From Diplonema japonicum (Eukaryota; Protista; Euglenozoa: Diplonemea): a stretch of 64,000 bases of DNA. Shown piece by piece: positions 33,626 to 43,742 of the stretch. Each line of letters opens with the position of its first letter. Within the stretch, counting starts at the first letter, position 1. The notes below the pieces were generated by a model. The model ran no database searches. It saw nothing but the letters and a program-made list of their open reading frames with translations, and had not been told where the DNA came from. Location of the stretch: NCBI GenBank assembly GCA_964019335.1, contig OZ025713.1, positions 434,001 through 498,000 on the forward strand, given 5' to 3'. Position numbers and translations under genes: made by a program.

Positions 33626-33789
33626 TACCTTCAGTAATTGGAGATTACTTATCATTTTGTCGTTGGGGGTAGCTCAGGGCAATCTGAATCTAGGTGAGGT
33701 GTTGCCCTGGAGCTGCACAACATCCGGGAGTTTTTTTTAATCCATGATGTTCGTGCAGCGGAATTGTATTTTGCATCTGGTGAGGAAGA

Positions 33790-34220
33790 AGAGGAAGCTT
33801 CACAGAGCTACAGGAATATGTGAGTGGGTGTCCTTGATTCACTGTGCGTACGACGCAAGGCCACTGTCCCACGAAACTCCTTCAACAAGTCTGGCCTTGT
33901 GAAGCTGCTAAAAGAAAAGGGAGAGAAGGAGAAGGCCGTTGATACGTTCGGACGGGATGCACGTGCAGAACCTACCCGGGTCGCTGAGGACAAGTCAAGG
34001 ACACGATGGATCCTACTGGACGGAATCTGTGGGAGGAAAGAAAAGGAAGATGGAAATTCTTTTCTCACCTAAAGGCTGCGATTGGCGGACAGGGTATACC
34101 AGACGGTTTCTTCGTTCTTTCTGACAGACAGAAGGGGCTGGAGGAGGGTGATAAAAGAAGAAGTCCCCCTGTCATGTGGGCAGATGCATGTATGGCATTT
34201 CTTCAAGTAATTTTGTTGAA
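33790..34220 (+). mobile_element. Mutator (MULE) transposase relic
   Basis: WKFFSHLKAAIGG...FFVLSDRQKGLEEG matches the MULE DDE core motif SDRxKGL; frameshifted. Confidence 0.6.
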
Positions 34221-34929
34221 GCTTAAGAGCAGCAACTGCAAGAAGTGTAAGTGGCACAATGGCTGCGACACTGTGTATCGGATCGATTCCGAGTAGATTG
34301 CTTTTTCAGTTTTGGACAAACGTGTTTCTCAATACCCCTCTTGGTGAAACTGACAGAGGTATGGGTGCCAAACCAACATGCTTCATCATCTTAGCAGATT
34401 TAAACTCAACACTGAAGTTAAAACTCATCATCCACCAACTTTACAGGTTTCTTGTAAAATTGTTGCTTCAACAAATGTGGGTGGGACTTGAGGGAACACC
34501 TTTGAGTTGCGCCTCGTTTTGAGGAACACAACCCGCTTTCACGGACAAATGTGTCCCAGTAAAGCAAGTTAAATGTAATCTCTTGACAAGATTGACAACG
34601 ACCCGATTTGACAGCCAAACGCACCACATCCTTGTGTGTATGTCTGGCAGTCAGATCAGTTATCAAACAAGCTCAGCAGACGACTTTTCACTACTTAAAT
34701 ATTAGAACTAGAAGAAACTTGGCATGTGGTGCTACCACCCATTTTTTTACACCCGTTTTCATTCCTGCAGCTTTTGTAGCCTTTTTTACTGGTGGAAAAG
34801 GACAGCCACTCCAACGAAAAGCCCCTGCTGTCACCAATTCTGTCCAGAAATCCTCGTATCTTCCACAACACATCACCGTTTGACTCTTCTGTGTGAGTGA
34901 AGTAGAGGCTAGTACGTCTCCTGGGCATC

Positions 34930-35103
34930 GTCTAGTGTTTGTGAAGACGAAAGCAGGAGTTCACGATTTGGAGGTGGCTGGGACGGAGACAGTGGGGAAC
35001 CTGTACAGGAAGGCGGGGTGTGCTGTGGTTTGCTGAATGGGATGTTCAAACTAGTTTGGGAGAAGGAGGTCCTGAGCAGGTTCAGGGATGAGGATGTTCA
35101 GGG
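34930..35103 (+). pseudogene. Decayed paralog of the Ubl-LRR gene 5' end, cut off by the hAT element
   Basis: VFVKTKAGVHDLEVAGTETVGNLYRKAGC..FKLVWEKEVL aligns with 7310-7480; 1-bp deletion. Confidence 0.85.
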
Positions 35104-35924
35104 CAGTGTTGTTACGAGAATGGGTTGCCCCCCCGAGATTTTCGGGGGGGCAAATCCAGGGGGGTGGGGGGCAAAAAAAATTTTTTATAGTGTCCAAAAA
35201 AAATTTTTTTCCACCCAAAAAAAGTTGTCAAAGACACCCAAAAATTGATTTTTTTTTCCAAAAAAAAATTTTTTTTTCCTCAAAAGTACCTATCCTAGGC
35301 CTTAATAGAGGCTTTTAGTGAAGTGGGGTGAAAGTGAGATGTTTGGGGGTCAAAAAAAGAGGTGCCCAAAAAAAATTATTTTTCACATGAACAAGTGGTC
35401 AAAAACACCTGAAAAGTGGTTTTTTACCTGTCCTGTGCCACCATCTGGACATGTGTGCACTTCAGGGAGTGGGTAGAACAGTGTTGGTCCAGACCCTTGA
35501 GGGACTCAGGGGACTCCAAGGGACAGGACAGGAGTCCCCTGAAATTTTCAGGGGTCTGGAGGGGACTCAGGGGACTCAGGGGACTGAAGGGACTCAAGGG
35601 ACTCAGGGGACTCAGGGGACTCTTGGGACCAAAAAATTTCTTTGTGTTTTTTGTGTCACAAAGACCCAAATTTAGGCTGGGGCTTGCATTTTTTTGGTAC
35701 TTTTGGTTTCAAAAGTTCAAAATAAGAGGTCCTAGGTTTGGGTGGGATGTGAGGCAAGGCTCATACTACCTTGTTGTGACTATGTAAAAAAAAGAAAAAA
35801 AAAAAAAATTAAAAAAAATGTCAGGGGGTTTGGAGACCTGCTTTGAAAAAAATATTAAAAAGAGGCCTTTGCAAGAAAAGTACAATGCAAAAAAAAAAAA
35901 AAAAAAAGTAAAAAAAGGGATGGG

Positions 35925-36385
35925 CAGTGTTGGCCAGACTGGGGTCTGAGGGGTCTGGCCCACAAACCACCCCAACACTGCAAATTTTCGACCACACCAT
36001 GTGGTGTGTTGTGACATATTTTACACCATATTTCACATACCTGATGTTCCACATGATGTATGCAACACAGGGCAGTGTTGGTCAGTCCCGTCCCGTCCCC
36101 TAAAACGGAATACAGGCCTGGACGGGACTCACGGGACTCCACGGGATAGGACTCGACGGGACTCACGGGACTCCACAGGACTCTCCCCAACACTGTCATT
36201 ATTTTTGATAGTTTTGCAACTTTTTTTTTTTTTTTTTTTTTCCCTTTGGAAAAAAAAAAAAAAAAATCCTTGATTTTTTTTTTTGACATACATGATGTGT
36301 TTACCCAGGGTTGGTCAGACCAGACCAGTCTGGTAAAACCGAAAATACAGGTCTGAGGGGTCTACTGACCAGTCTGGCCCCAACT
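35925..36385. repeat. Cluster of micro-elements with CAGTGTTGG...CCAACACTG ends (35925-35980, 36073-36195, degenerate 36306-36385)
   Basis: Terminal inverted 9-mers identical to the hAT ends. Confidence 0.7.
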
Positions 36386-36759
36386 TTTTTTTTCCTTCGT
36401 CAGGTGTCTTGCCACACACCACAGGTACCCTAAATGTCTTTCTTTTTCTTTTTCTTCTTCTTCATACCACAGACATGCACAGCTCCATCAAGCCATTTGA
36501 CACATTTGCACCTATCTACTCCGGTTCACTGCAGCTGCAGGTATGTACATATGTCCTGAAATGTTGAATTTGGATGTAATAGAAAAGGGTGGAAATGATA
36601 AATAATATGTACAAGAGGAGGGTGTGTGTTTACACAACCTGTGTAAACAGATTGGTTCCTTAATCGTATTTAAAAAAAGAAGGGGGGGAAGCAATATATT
36701 TTTACAGGTGGGTAATGGGTGAGTGTGTTTATGTTTTGAACAACTGTGTAAAACAGTGC

Positions 36760-39444
36760 TCAGATATCGACCTGTGTAAACAGATCAGTTCCTTCCTTTC
36801 CAAGGTGCTCAGCTCTTTTCGAGCGGCTTGCCTTTTCTTTCTTCTCGCTCACAAAAAAATTAGGTTGAACCAACTTGTAGTTGATAGCAACACGGATTGA
36901 TGCATTTAGAACATCCAATGACATTCTGCATCTGGCTTTTGACAAAGTCTTTGAAATCACTTTAAAGTGACGCTCCGTTGGTGCCTCAGAGGTTAAACTG
37001 TGCCCAAGCGTCAGCACAAAGACAGCTAGCGTGTGAAGCATGCCAAGCTTCGAGTTCCAAAAAGCAAAAAAGTTTAACGTTGGGCTGCGACCTATTGCTA
37101 GGTACTCGTCAATCTGCATCCCCAGCTGCTGCCGATCTGCCATCATTTTTCGCAATTCAGCGAACGGGACGAGGTGATCCAGCAGTGTGTTTCGCAGTGT
37201 GACCAAGTCTGAAAGTTCTCCAGTTGATACTTTGGGATTCAGAAAAGTATACAACCTGATACCAAGAAACGACATGTTTCGTTCGGCCCTTGCTTCATAA
37301 ACCTTGATGACTTCAGAGACTGTGGTAGCATTGAGTTACCCCTCCACCTGGGATTCAAGGAATTTCTTCAAGCTCTTTCCAACAACGAAAATTTCATATG
37401 CCACCATAGCCATGCCAGATGTGTCCCCTTGCACACGATCTGTCGCAACTGCGAAGGGCGTGGAAATCTGTATCGCGAATTCCAGCTCTGCCCCAAACCC
37501 TGCCTCTATGCCTGGAAAGAATTCTAGGAGATCAAGGATGGACTTCATCGTTTCGAAAAACGAATTCCATCTGGTCTTTGTGTACCTCTTGATCTGTCTC
37601 GTCTTTTCACGGCATACTCCATGTGAGACCTGTACGGTGTGGAGTGCCAACTGCCCAGCTTTCGAGGTCCATCTCTTGATCAGCGTTTTCACTTTGGCTC
37701 TAATGTTAGCCAGTCGCTCAATCTTGAAGATGTCACCAAGGGCAAGTTGCATGGAATGTGCAACACAACGATATGCTAGGACACCTTCACAACTCAGCAT
37801 TGTAGTTGTATCGTTCAAAAGCTGGTCCATTCTGGCAGAGAGCTCAGTGTTGTCGGAGTTGGTGTCGGTTTCAGAGTTGGAGTCAAGGTCAGTGACACCT
37901 GAAGCATCACTACTGCTAATGTTGCTGCTAACATCCTCAGTGTCGTCGAGTGAGAGGTCGAGTTCCACTTCGAAGTCTCGATGTATCTTTGCAAGCGCTG
38001 CTTGCATCGCACTAGCATTATCAGCACATACTGAAAATACATGTACAACATGGCTCCGAAGTTCCAGTATCATTTCACGGATGTGGGACGAAATGACAGC
38101 AGCAGTGGCACTCACTTTTGTAAGGTCTATCATCTTGCAAAAGTAGCTGTTCTTCCCATCTGACATACTAATGCCAAGGATGCTTCAACGGTTTATTGTG
38201 GCCCCATCAACAAGGAGGTACACATTCTGCCCTTGGAGCCTGTTTAGGACAGCAGCGTATGTCTCCTGTCCAAGTTCAACAACACAGCTTTGCACGTGTT
38301 TCCTGTTGATTCCTTTCAATTTGCCTGCATCGAAAAAGCTGTGAAAGAACTTTCGATCACACAAAACAAACGGCAGGCAATACAGGCAAAGGAAAATGGA
38401 CACACGATCCACCATACTCAGGGCTCGCATCTCTTGGACAACACATCTCTTTGCTGCGAGATTTGAGCCTTGAGAATGAGGCGAACCCTGTGACAGCGAC
38501 AACCCTGGCATTGGCTCAGAGATCAGACGGCACTTTTCTTTCACTGGACTGCACTTTTCTTTTGCCAGCTTGGGGATCTTTGCAGCTGTCTTCTTCTTCA
38601 GCTTTTCTGCCAATTTCGCTTTCGCACCAGGGCTGTGTCTGCACTCCCAGTGCTCCTTCAGCTTCCCCGATCTTGACCAGATAGTCACCGCACGTTCAAC
38701 ACACTCAGGGGCAAGACACAGCCGCTTCTCCATGACCGTGCCATCCTTTTCCTTTGTCACTATCTTGCCAAAGTAGTACTCCTTAGAAGGGTCGATACCA
38801 TGTGCATCACCAACAGACCATGTCTTGTTGTCCCAGATGGATGTCTTGGGTGTTGTAGAACATTCCTTGGCAGGTGCTTCCAACATGACTAGTGCGTTTC
38901 CGGACGAGGTGTGTGTTGCCTTAGGTTGTAAGGCTTCAGCCTTCAGAACTTTGATGGTGTCTTGTAGCTCTGTGATTCGTGCTTTTGCAAGACCAAGTTT
39001 TGCCATGGTATCACGAAGCTGGTATGGGTTGTGGTTTATCGTCTTTATAGCCTCAAGACGATAAACCCGTTCATCTTCCACATTTGGGGGGAAGTGGTGC
39101 AGGTACCCAGGATCCTGTGCATACTCACACGAAACAGCAACACCTGGCAAGATGCCAACAATCTTCCCATCCCAGACAGAAACCATGTCGTCCTGTGTTG
39201 GTTTCTTGTGTCGCTCCCCTCCAGTGCCCCAGAAGTGGGCTCTGAAGGTTGTGCCTTCTCCTTTCCCCTTCATGAAATGCAACATTTCATCATGGCTGAG
39301 GCCATTCTTGTTGCCAGTCTGGGTAAGGTCTTGTGTTTTCACATATTTCTGTGAGAACACAGTTGATGCCTTTTGCGTTGAGATGCGTCCATCGATGCTG
39401 CCACTGCTGCTGCTTGTACTTGAACTTTCTCTTTTGCGCTTCTT

Positions 39445-39480
<36 letters not shown>

Positions 39481-39483
39481 CAA
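36760..39483 (-). pseudogene. hAT transposase, single frame with two in-frame stops
   Basis: BED-like CLAPEC..HWECRH, LLVDGAT, ADNASAM, RCVAHSMQL, TRWNS, SEAPTERHF (hATC). TGA at 38185-38187 and TAA at 37336-37338 are in frame with all three ORFs. Confidence 0.9.
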
Positions 39484-40190
39484 ATGTTTAAACCTTTCTC
39501 TTCATTTTTGTATTGATTTCCTCCTCTTCTTCCTCCTCCTCTAGTTCAGATTTACCTGAACATAGCCCATGCCATATTGAGTTGGCAGTCATGTTTCTGG
39601 TGCTTATCCTCTGCACCCTCTGCACCCCTTTCACCTTCTTCGCTACTTGGCACAGCTTCGGTGTCGGGAACGAAGAACAGAAGCAGAACAAGTACCACAA
39701 TCATTTTATCTGTTAATTGTAAAAAATAATACAAAGAAAATGATAAACAAAGGCTAAATACTGTATAAATACACATCGACTCTGACAGCAATGCAACACA
39801 ATGTGAAGCAACATGATGTGTTTTCTGTTCACATTTCATTCACTTGACACAAAAAATGTGAAGTAACACAACACAACACACCAAAGTGTCGTTTTATATT
39901 GTACCATACAGTGTATAAAATATTTTCTGTGTCGAAATTTCTAAAAAAAACTCCCAGAAGGGCTGCCCTTTCATAACTGAATGTTAGATTTTTTCTTCTT
40001 CTTTTTTTTTTTTTTTTTTTACATAATTTGTGTTGTACTTTTGTCATGATAAGGAATACATGCCAGGTCTTTTTTTTTTTTTTTTTTTTTTTTTTTTGCA
40101 TTGTACTTTTCTTGCAAGCCTCTTTTTAATATTTTTTTTTCAAAGCTGGTCCCCAAACCCCAAGACATTTTTTTTAATTTTTTTTTTTTT

Positions 40191-40231
<41 letters not shown>

Positions 40232-41465
40232 TAGTCACAACAAGGTAGTATGAGCCTTGCCTAAGATCCCACCCAAACCTAGGACCTCTTTTTTTGAACT
40301 TTTGAAACCAAAAGTACCAAAAAAATGCAAGCCCCAGCCTAAATTTGGGTCTTTGTGACACAAAAAACACAAAGAAATTTTTTGGTCCCAAGAGTCCCCT
40401 GAGTCCCCTCCAGACCCCTGAGTCCCTTGAGTCCCCTGAGTCCCCTGAGTCCCCTCCAGACCCCTGAAAATTTCAGGGGACTCCTGTCCTGTCCCTTGGA
40501 GTCCCCTGAGTCCCTCAAGGGTCTGGACCAACACTGCCCAAACTTCTCACTTTCACCCCACTTCACTAAGGGCCTCTATTAAGGCCTAGGATAGGTACTT
40601 TTGAGAAAAAAAAATTTTTTTTTTAGAAAAAAAATCAATTTTTGGGTGTCTTTGACAACTTTTTTTGGGTGGAAAAAAATTTTTTTTGGACACTATAAAA
40701 AAAATTTTTTTTTTTTGCCCCCTGCCCCCCTGCCCCCCTGGATTTGCCCCCCCGTGCCCCCCTGAAAATCTTGGGGGGCAACCCATTCTCGTAACAACAC
40801 TGCTGCAACCGAGTTGTAGCTTCTTCTGCATTCCGTGTCATGTCTTTAATGTGTGTGGTGTACAGCTCAACCCCAGCCAGAGTGTCCCAGGTAACCAAGA
40901 TTCAGTGCTTGTGCAGTTTGCTGCCTGTTTGTCACCCTGAGCATCTGCATTATGTTCTTCCACTTGGGAGCTACTGGTGATGACCAATGAGGAGGTCAAC
41001 AGTGAACAACACATCTGATGTTTTTTCATGCTATCCCCACCACCTTTGGAATAATATACAAGAGTTAAAGGAGGCTGGTGTTGGCAGTGCCCTGCACAAG
41101 AACTGTCTACTTGATTACAGGGGGTGCACCACAGCTGGGTTGTAGCTTCTTCTGCATTCTGCATTGTGTCCTTAATCACCATGGCCAAGTTGTAGCTTCT
41201 TCTGTGTTCTGTGTCGTGTCCTTAATGTGCAGTGTTCAGCTCAACCCTAGCCAGGGTGCCCCAGGTAACCAAGATTCTGCACTCATGCAGTTTGCTCATT
41301 GATGACCGATGAGGAGGTCAACAGCAAACACATCTGATGTTTTTCTTATATTCCCTCAGGCATCCTGTCACATACCACAGGTACCCTTAAATGTCTCTTT
41401 TTTTTCTTTTTTTTTTTTTTTTTTTTCTTATATTTTCATGTTATCCCCACCACCTGAAAAAGAAG

Positions 41466-41501
<36 letters not shown>

Positions 41502-41632
41502 CTTCGTTTCTCATTGTTGTTGTTGTTGTCATCTCTCAGTACCTGTGTAACATCTTTTCTTGTAGACATCTGTTTATACGTTTGAACTCTCAGCAAAAAA
41601 AAAAGGGGGGATGTGGTGTTGTGGTTGTATCT

Positions 41633-41760
41633 TGTCTGGTCTGGTTCAGTCCAGTCTGGTCCAGTCCAGTCCAGTCTGGTCAGTCCAGTCAGTCCAGCAT
41701 AATTGGGTTGAAATTCACACTGGATCCAGTCCAGTCCAGTCCAGTCTGGTCTAGTCCTAA
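41633..41760 (+). repeat. (CCAGT/CTGGT)n pentamer-rich tract
   Basis: Directly visible; resembles the CAGACCAGTCTGG motifs at 36316-36380. Confidence 0.75.
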
Positions 41761-41779
41761 TTAGGATTCACCCATCACT

Positions 41780-42725
41780 GGTCCAGATGGTGGCACAGGA
41801 CAACCCCGACATGCCCATGGAGGAGCTAATGCTGGACTCCAGGCACAAGGGTGTACTGTCGTATGAGACGTATGCAGGGGCAGAGGTGCTGAGGCAGCAG
41901 AAGAGCAGGAAAGTGGATCTGGTGAGGCATCGACTCCAAAAGAGGCAATGAGTGGTGTGAACCTGGGGCTGCCTGGAAATTCTGGGTGTGGCATGGGGGA
42001 ATGCATGAAGAGCTGAAGGAGGAGGAGACACAGGGGTGATTTTCCACATATAGGGGTGATTTTCCACATATAGGGGTGATTTTCCACATATAGGGGTGAT
42101 TTTCCACATGGGGTTTGTGGAAGAGGATCCTCATGATGCTGGATGTGAGGAACTATGATGAGGATCCTCTCCAGTTTGACAAGTATGAGGAATCGAAGGA
42201 GGCAAGGAAGGCAGGAGTGCTACAGCAGGAAGGAGACATGGACACAGTTGTGACCAACACCATGTGGCTTGAGGTGATGCGTGGCTTCTAGATGGAGGAT
42301 GGCAGCATCAACACAGTTATTCCTGATGTGGAGTGGCTCCTTGGTGGTGGAAAGGTGTTTGAGGATCTGTTTGAAGATGAAGATTTCTGGCTAGTAGGGG
42401 TGCCAGGAAAGAAGTCAACGCTCACCCATAGGCAGGTGCAGCAGCTGGAGGAGGCAGGTGTGCTGGAGAAGAAGGGATGGTTTGATGAGAAGGTGAAGAA
42501 CATGGTGAAAGCCAAGTGGGAAGAGGAGGCTGGTGGTGGATACATTGCTGGTGGGCAATGCACAGAGGAACCCTCCATCAGTTGATCTGCCATCTGTTGC
42601 TGATGTGAAGGAGATGGTGGTGCAAAACGAGTACATTGTGCAGCTGGATGGGAAGTTGTGGTTCTACCAGATTGGAGCTTGGCCCCTCTGTGAGTATTTT
42701 GCATTGCGTACAGTTGCAGGGTGGT
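41780..42725 (+). pseudogene. Decayed coding sequence of unknown family
   Basis: Purine-rich, protein-like fragments (42292-42585, 42533-42748) broken by stops and frameshifts; strongly CpG-depleted. Confidence 0.4.
42032..42110 (+). repeat. 20-bp minisatellite AGGGGTGATTTTCCACATAT x ~4
   Basis: Directly visible, no spacers. Confidence 0.95.
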
Positions 42726-42740
42726 ATTTTTTTTTTTTTT

Positions 42741-42992
42741 TTAAATAAACCTCTTTTTTTTTAAGGCTGGCCAGACCATTCTCTCTTCTTTCTTTTTCCC
42801 TCCTCCCAGCCAGGGGGGTGTGTGGGGGGTGGGTGGGGTACTGGTTGGTTGTGCTGGCAATGGGCTGGTTGTGGAGCGTGTGGGTGGTACAGAGTGTGGC
42901 AGCATTGTTGGCAAGTGAGGCTTGTGTGAGGGTGGGAGGGAGAAAAAGAAAGGAGAGGGCTTGGCCAGCCAAAAAAAAAGAGGTTTATTTAA
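42741..42992. mobile_element. ~250-bp MITE bounded by TTAA
   Basis: TTAAATAAACCTCTTTTT..GGCTGGCCA and inverted TGGCCAGCC..GAGGTTTATTTAA; solo end at ~54294-54345. Confidence 0.7.
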
Positions 42993-43234
42993 CGCTCCAT
43001 ATTTGCTAAGTGACCCACCAGAACCCGCATTTTGAAGAGCTAAAAAAATTTCTAATTGCTTTTTCTAGGGTTGGAATGGATTTATTTGCTTCCAGGGCCC
43101 AATGTTCGACATATGGAATTTTTTTTTGTAATTAAAATTTTTTTGGTGATTTGCCTTACTTTGTACTATACAAAATGAAGCAGCTCTGGTGGAAAAAACA
43201 CGGCACAAGTGGGGTTCAAACCCTGATGAAAAAA

Positions 43235-43317
43235 CCACTGCATTGGGATTCAAACCCACGACTCCTGGAACAAGGGGGCCTGACAGGTGAGTATGGTAAC
43301 CACTCTACCACACAGGA
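43235..43317 (-). pseudogene. tRNA-Asp(GTC)-like sequence (pseudo-tRNA or SINE head) followed by T6
   Basis: TCCTGTGTGGTAGAGTGGTTACCATACTCACCTGTCAG...GTGGGTTTGAATCCCA: A box, CTGTCA loop and B box; anticodon and acceptor stems do not pair properly. Confidence 0.55.
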
Positions 43318-43742
43318 ATTCAAAACTCTTTTTTTTTTTTTTTTTTTTTTTTAAATACCAATGCAGGGCCGCCATGGAGGGCAACACCTGAGAAAAGGGG
43401 AAAAAAAAAGGTGAAGGGAAACCATGGGGAAATAGGGAGGGCAAAGGACCAGGCTTCTGCAAGCAGGAGGAGCCCTGGTCCCCCACCAACCCGTGCTCTG
43501 CTTTGGGACAGCCGAAGAGGGCTGAATTACATTATTCCCTCAGTCAAGTGAGAGAAAAACGGGGGCCTACCTTCCAGCTGGATGTCCTTCTTTGGCTGGA
43601 ACCTCCGGCGGAAAGCCCCCCAGGGAGGTATTGCTCCTATTGAGCGAATCATAAAAGGAAAGGGGAAATGGGAAAACAAGGAGAGGAAGAGAGAATGGGG
43701 AGACACAACAATTCATTTCACACACACACGTGGGGCGGTCCC

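Larger units (their letters stand above)
35479..40536 (-). mobile_element. Inner hAT element with ~430-bp TIRs containing GGGGACTCA tandem motifs
   Basis: CAGTGTTGGTCCAGACCCTTGAGGGACTC at 35479, inverted at 40536; arms ~35479-35910 and ~40075-40536; encloses the transposase. Confidence 0.85.
35104..40802. mobile_element. Outer hAT-family element with ~240-bp imperfect TIRs
   Basis: CAGTGTTGTTACGAGAATGGGTTGCCCCCC at 35104 and its reverse complement ending at 40802; no 8-bp TSD (GTTCAGGG vs CTGCAACC). Confidence 0.85.

Noticed and set aside
36760-39483. Stop-codon reassignment or readthrough in the hAT transposase
   Set aside because: The two stops are different (TGA, TAA), each one substitution from a sense codon, and intact genes in the window end in TAA, TAG and TGA; ordinary decay.
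42032-42110. CRISPR-like direct repeats
   Set aside because: Head-to-tail 20-mers with no spacers; a minisatellite.
43235-43317. Functional tRNA-Asp gene
   Set aside because: Anticodon and acceptor stems do not pair and the B box is mutated; kept only as tRNA-derived.
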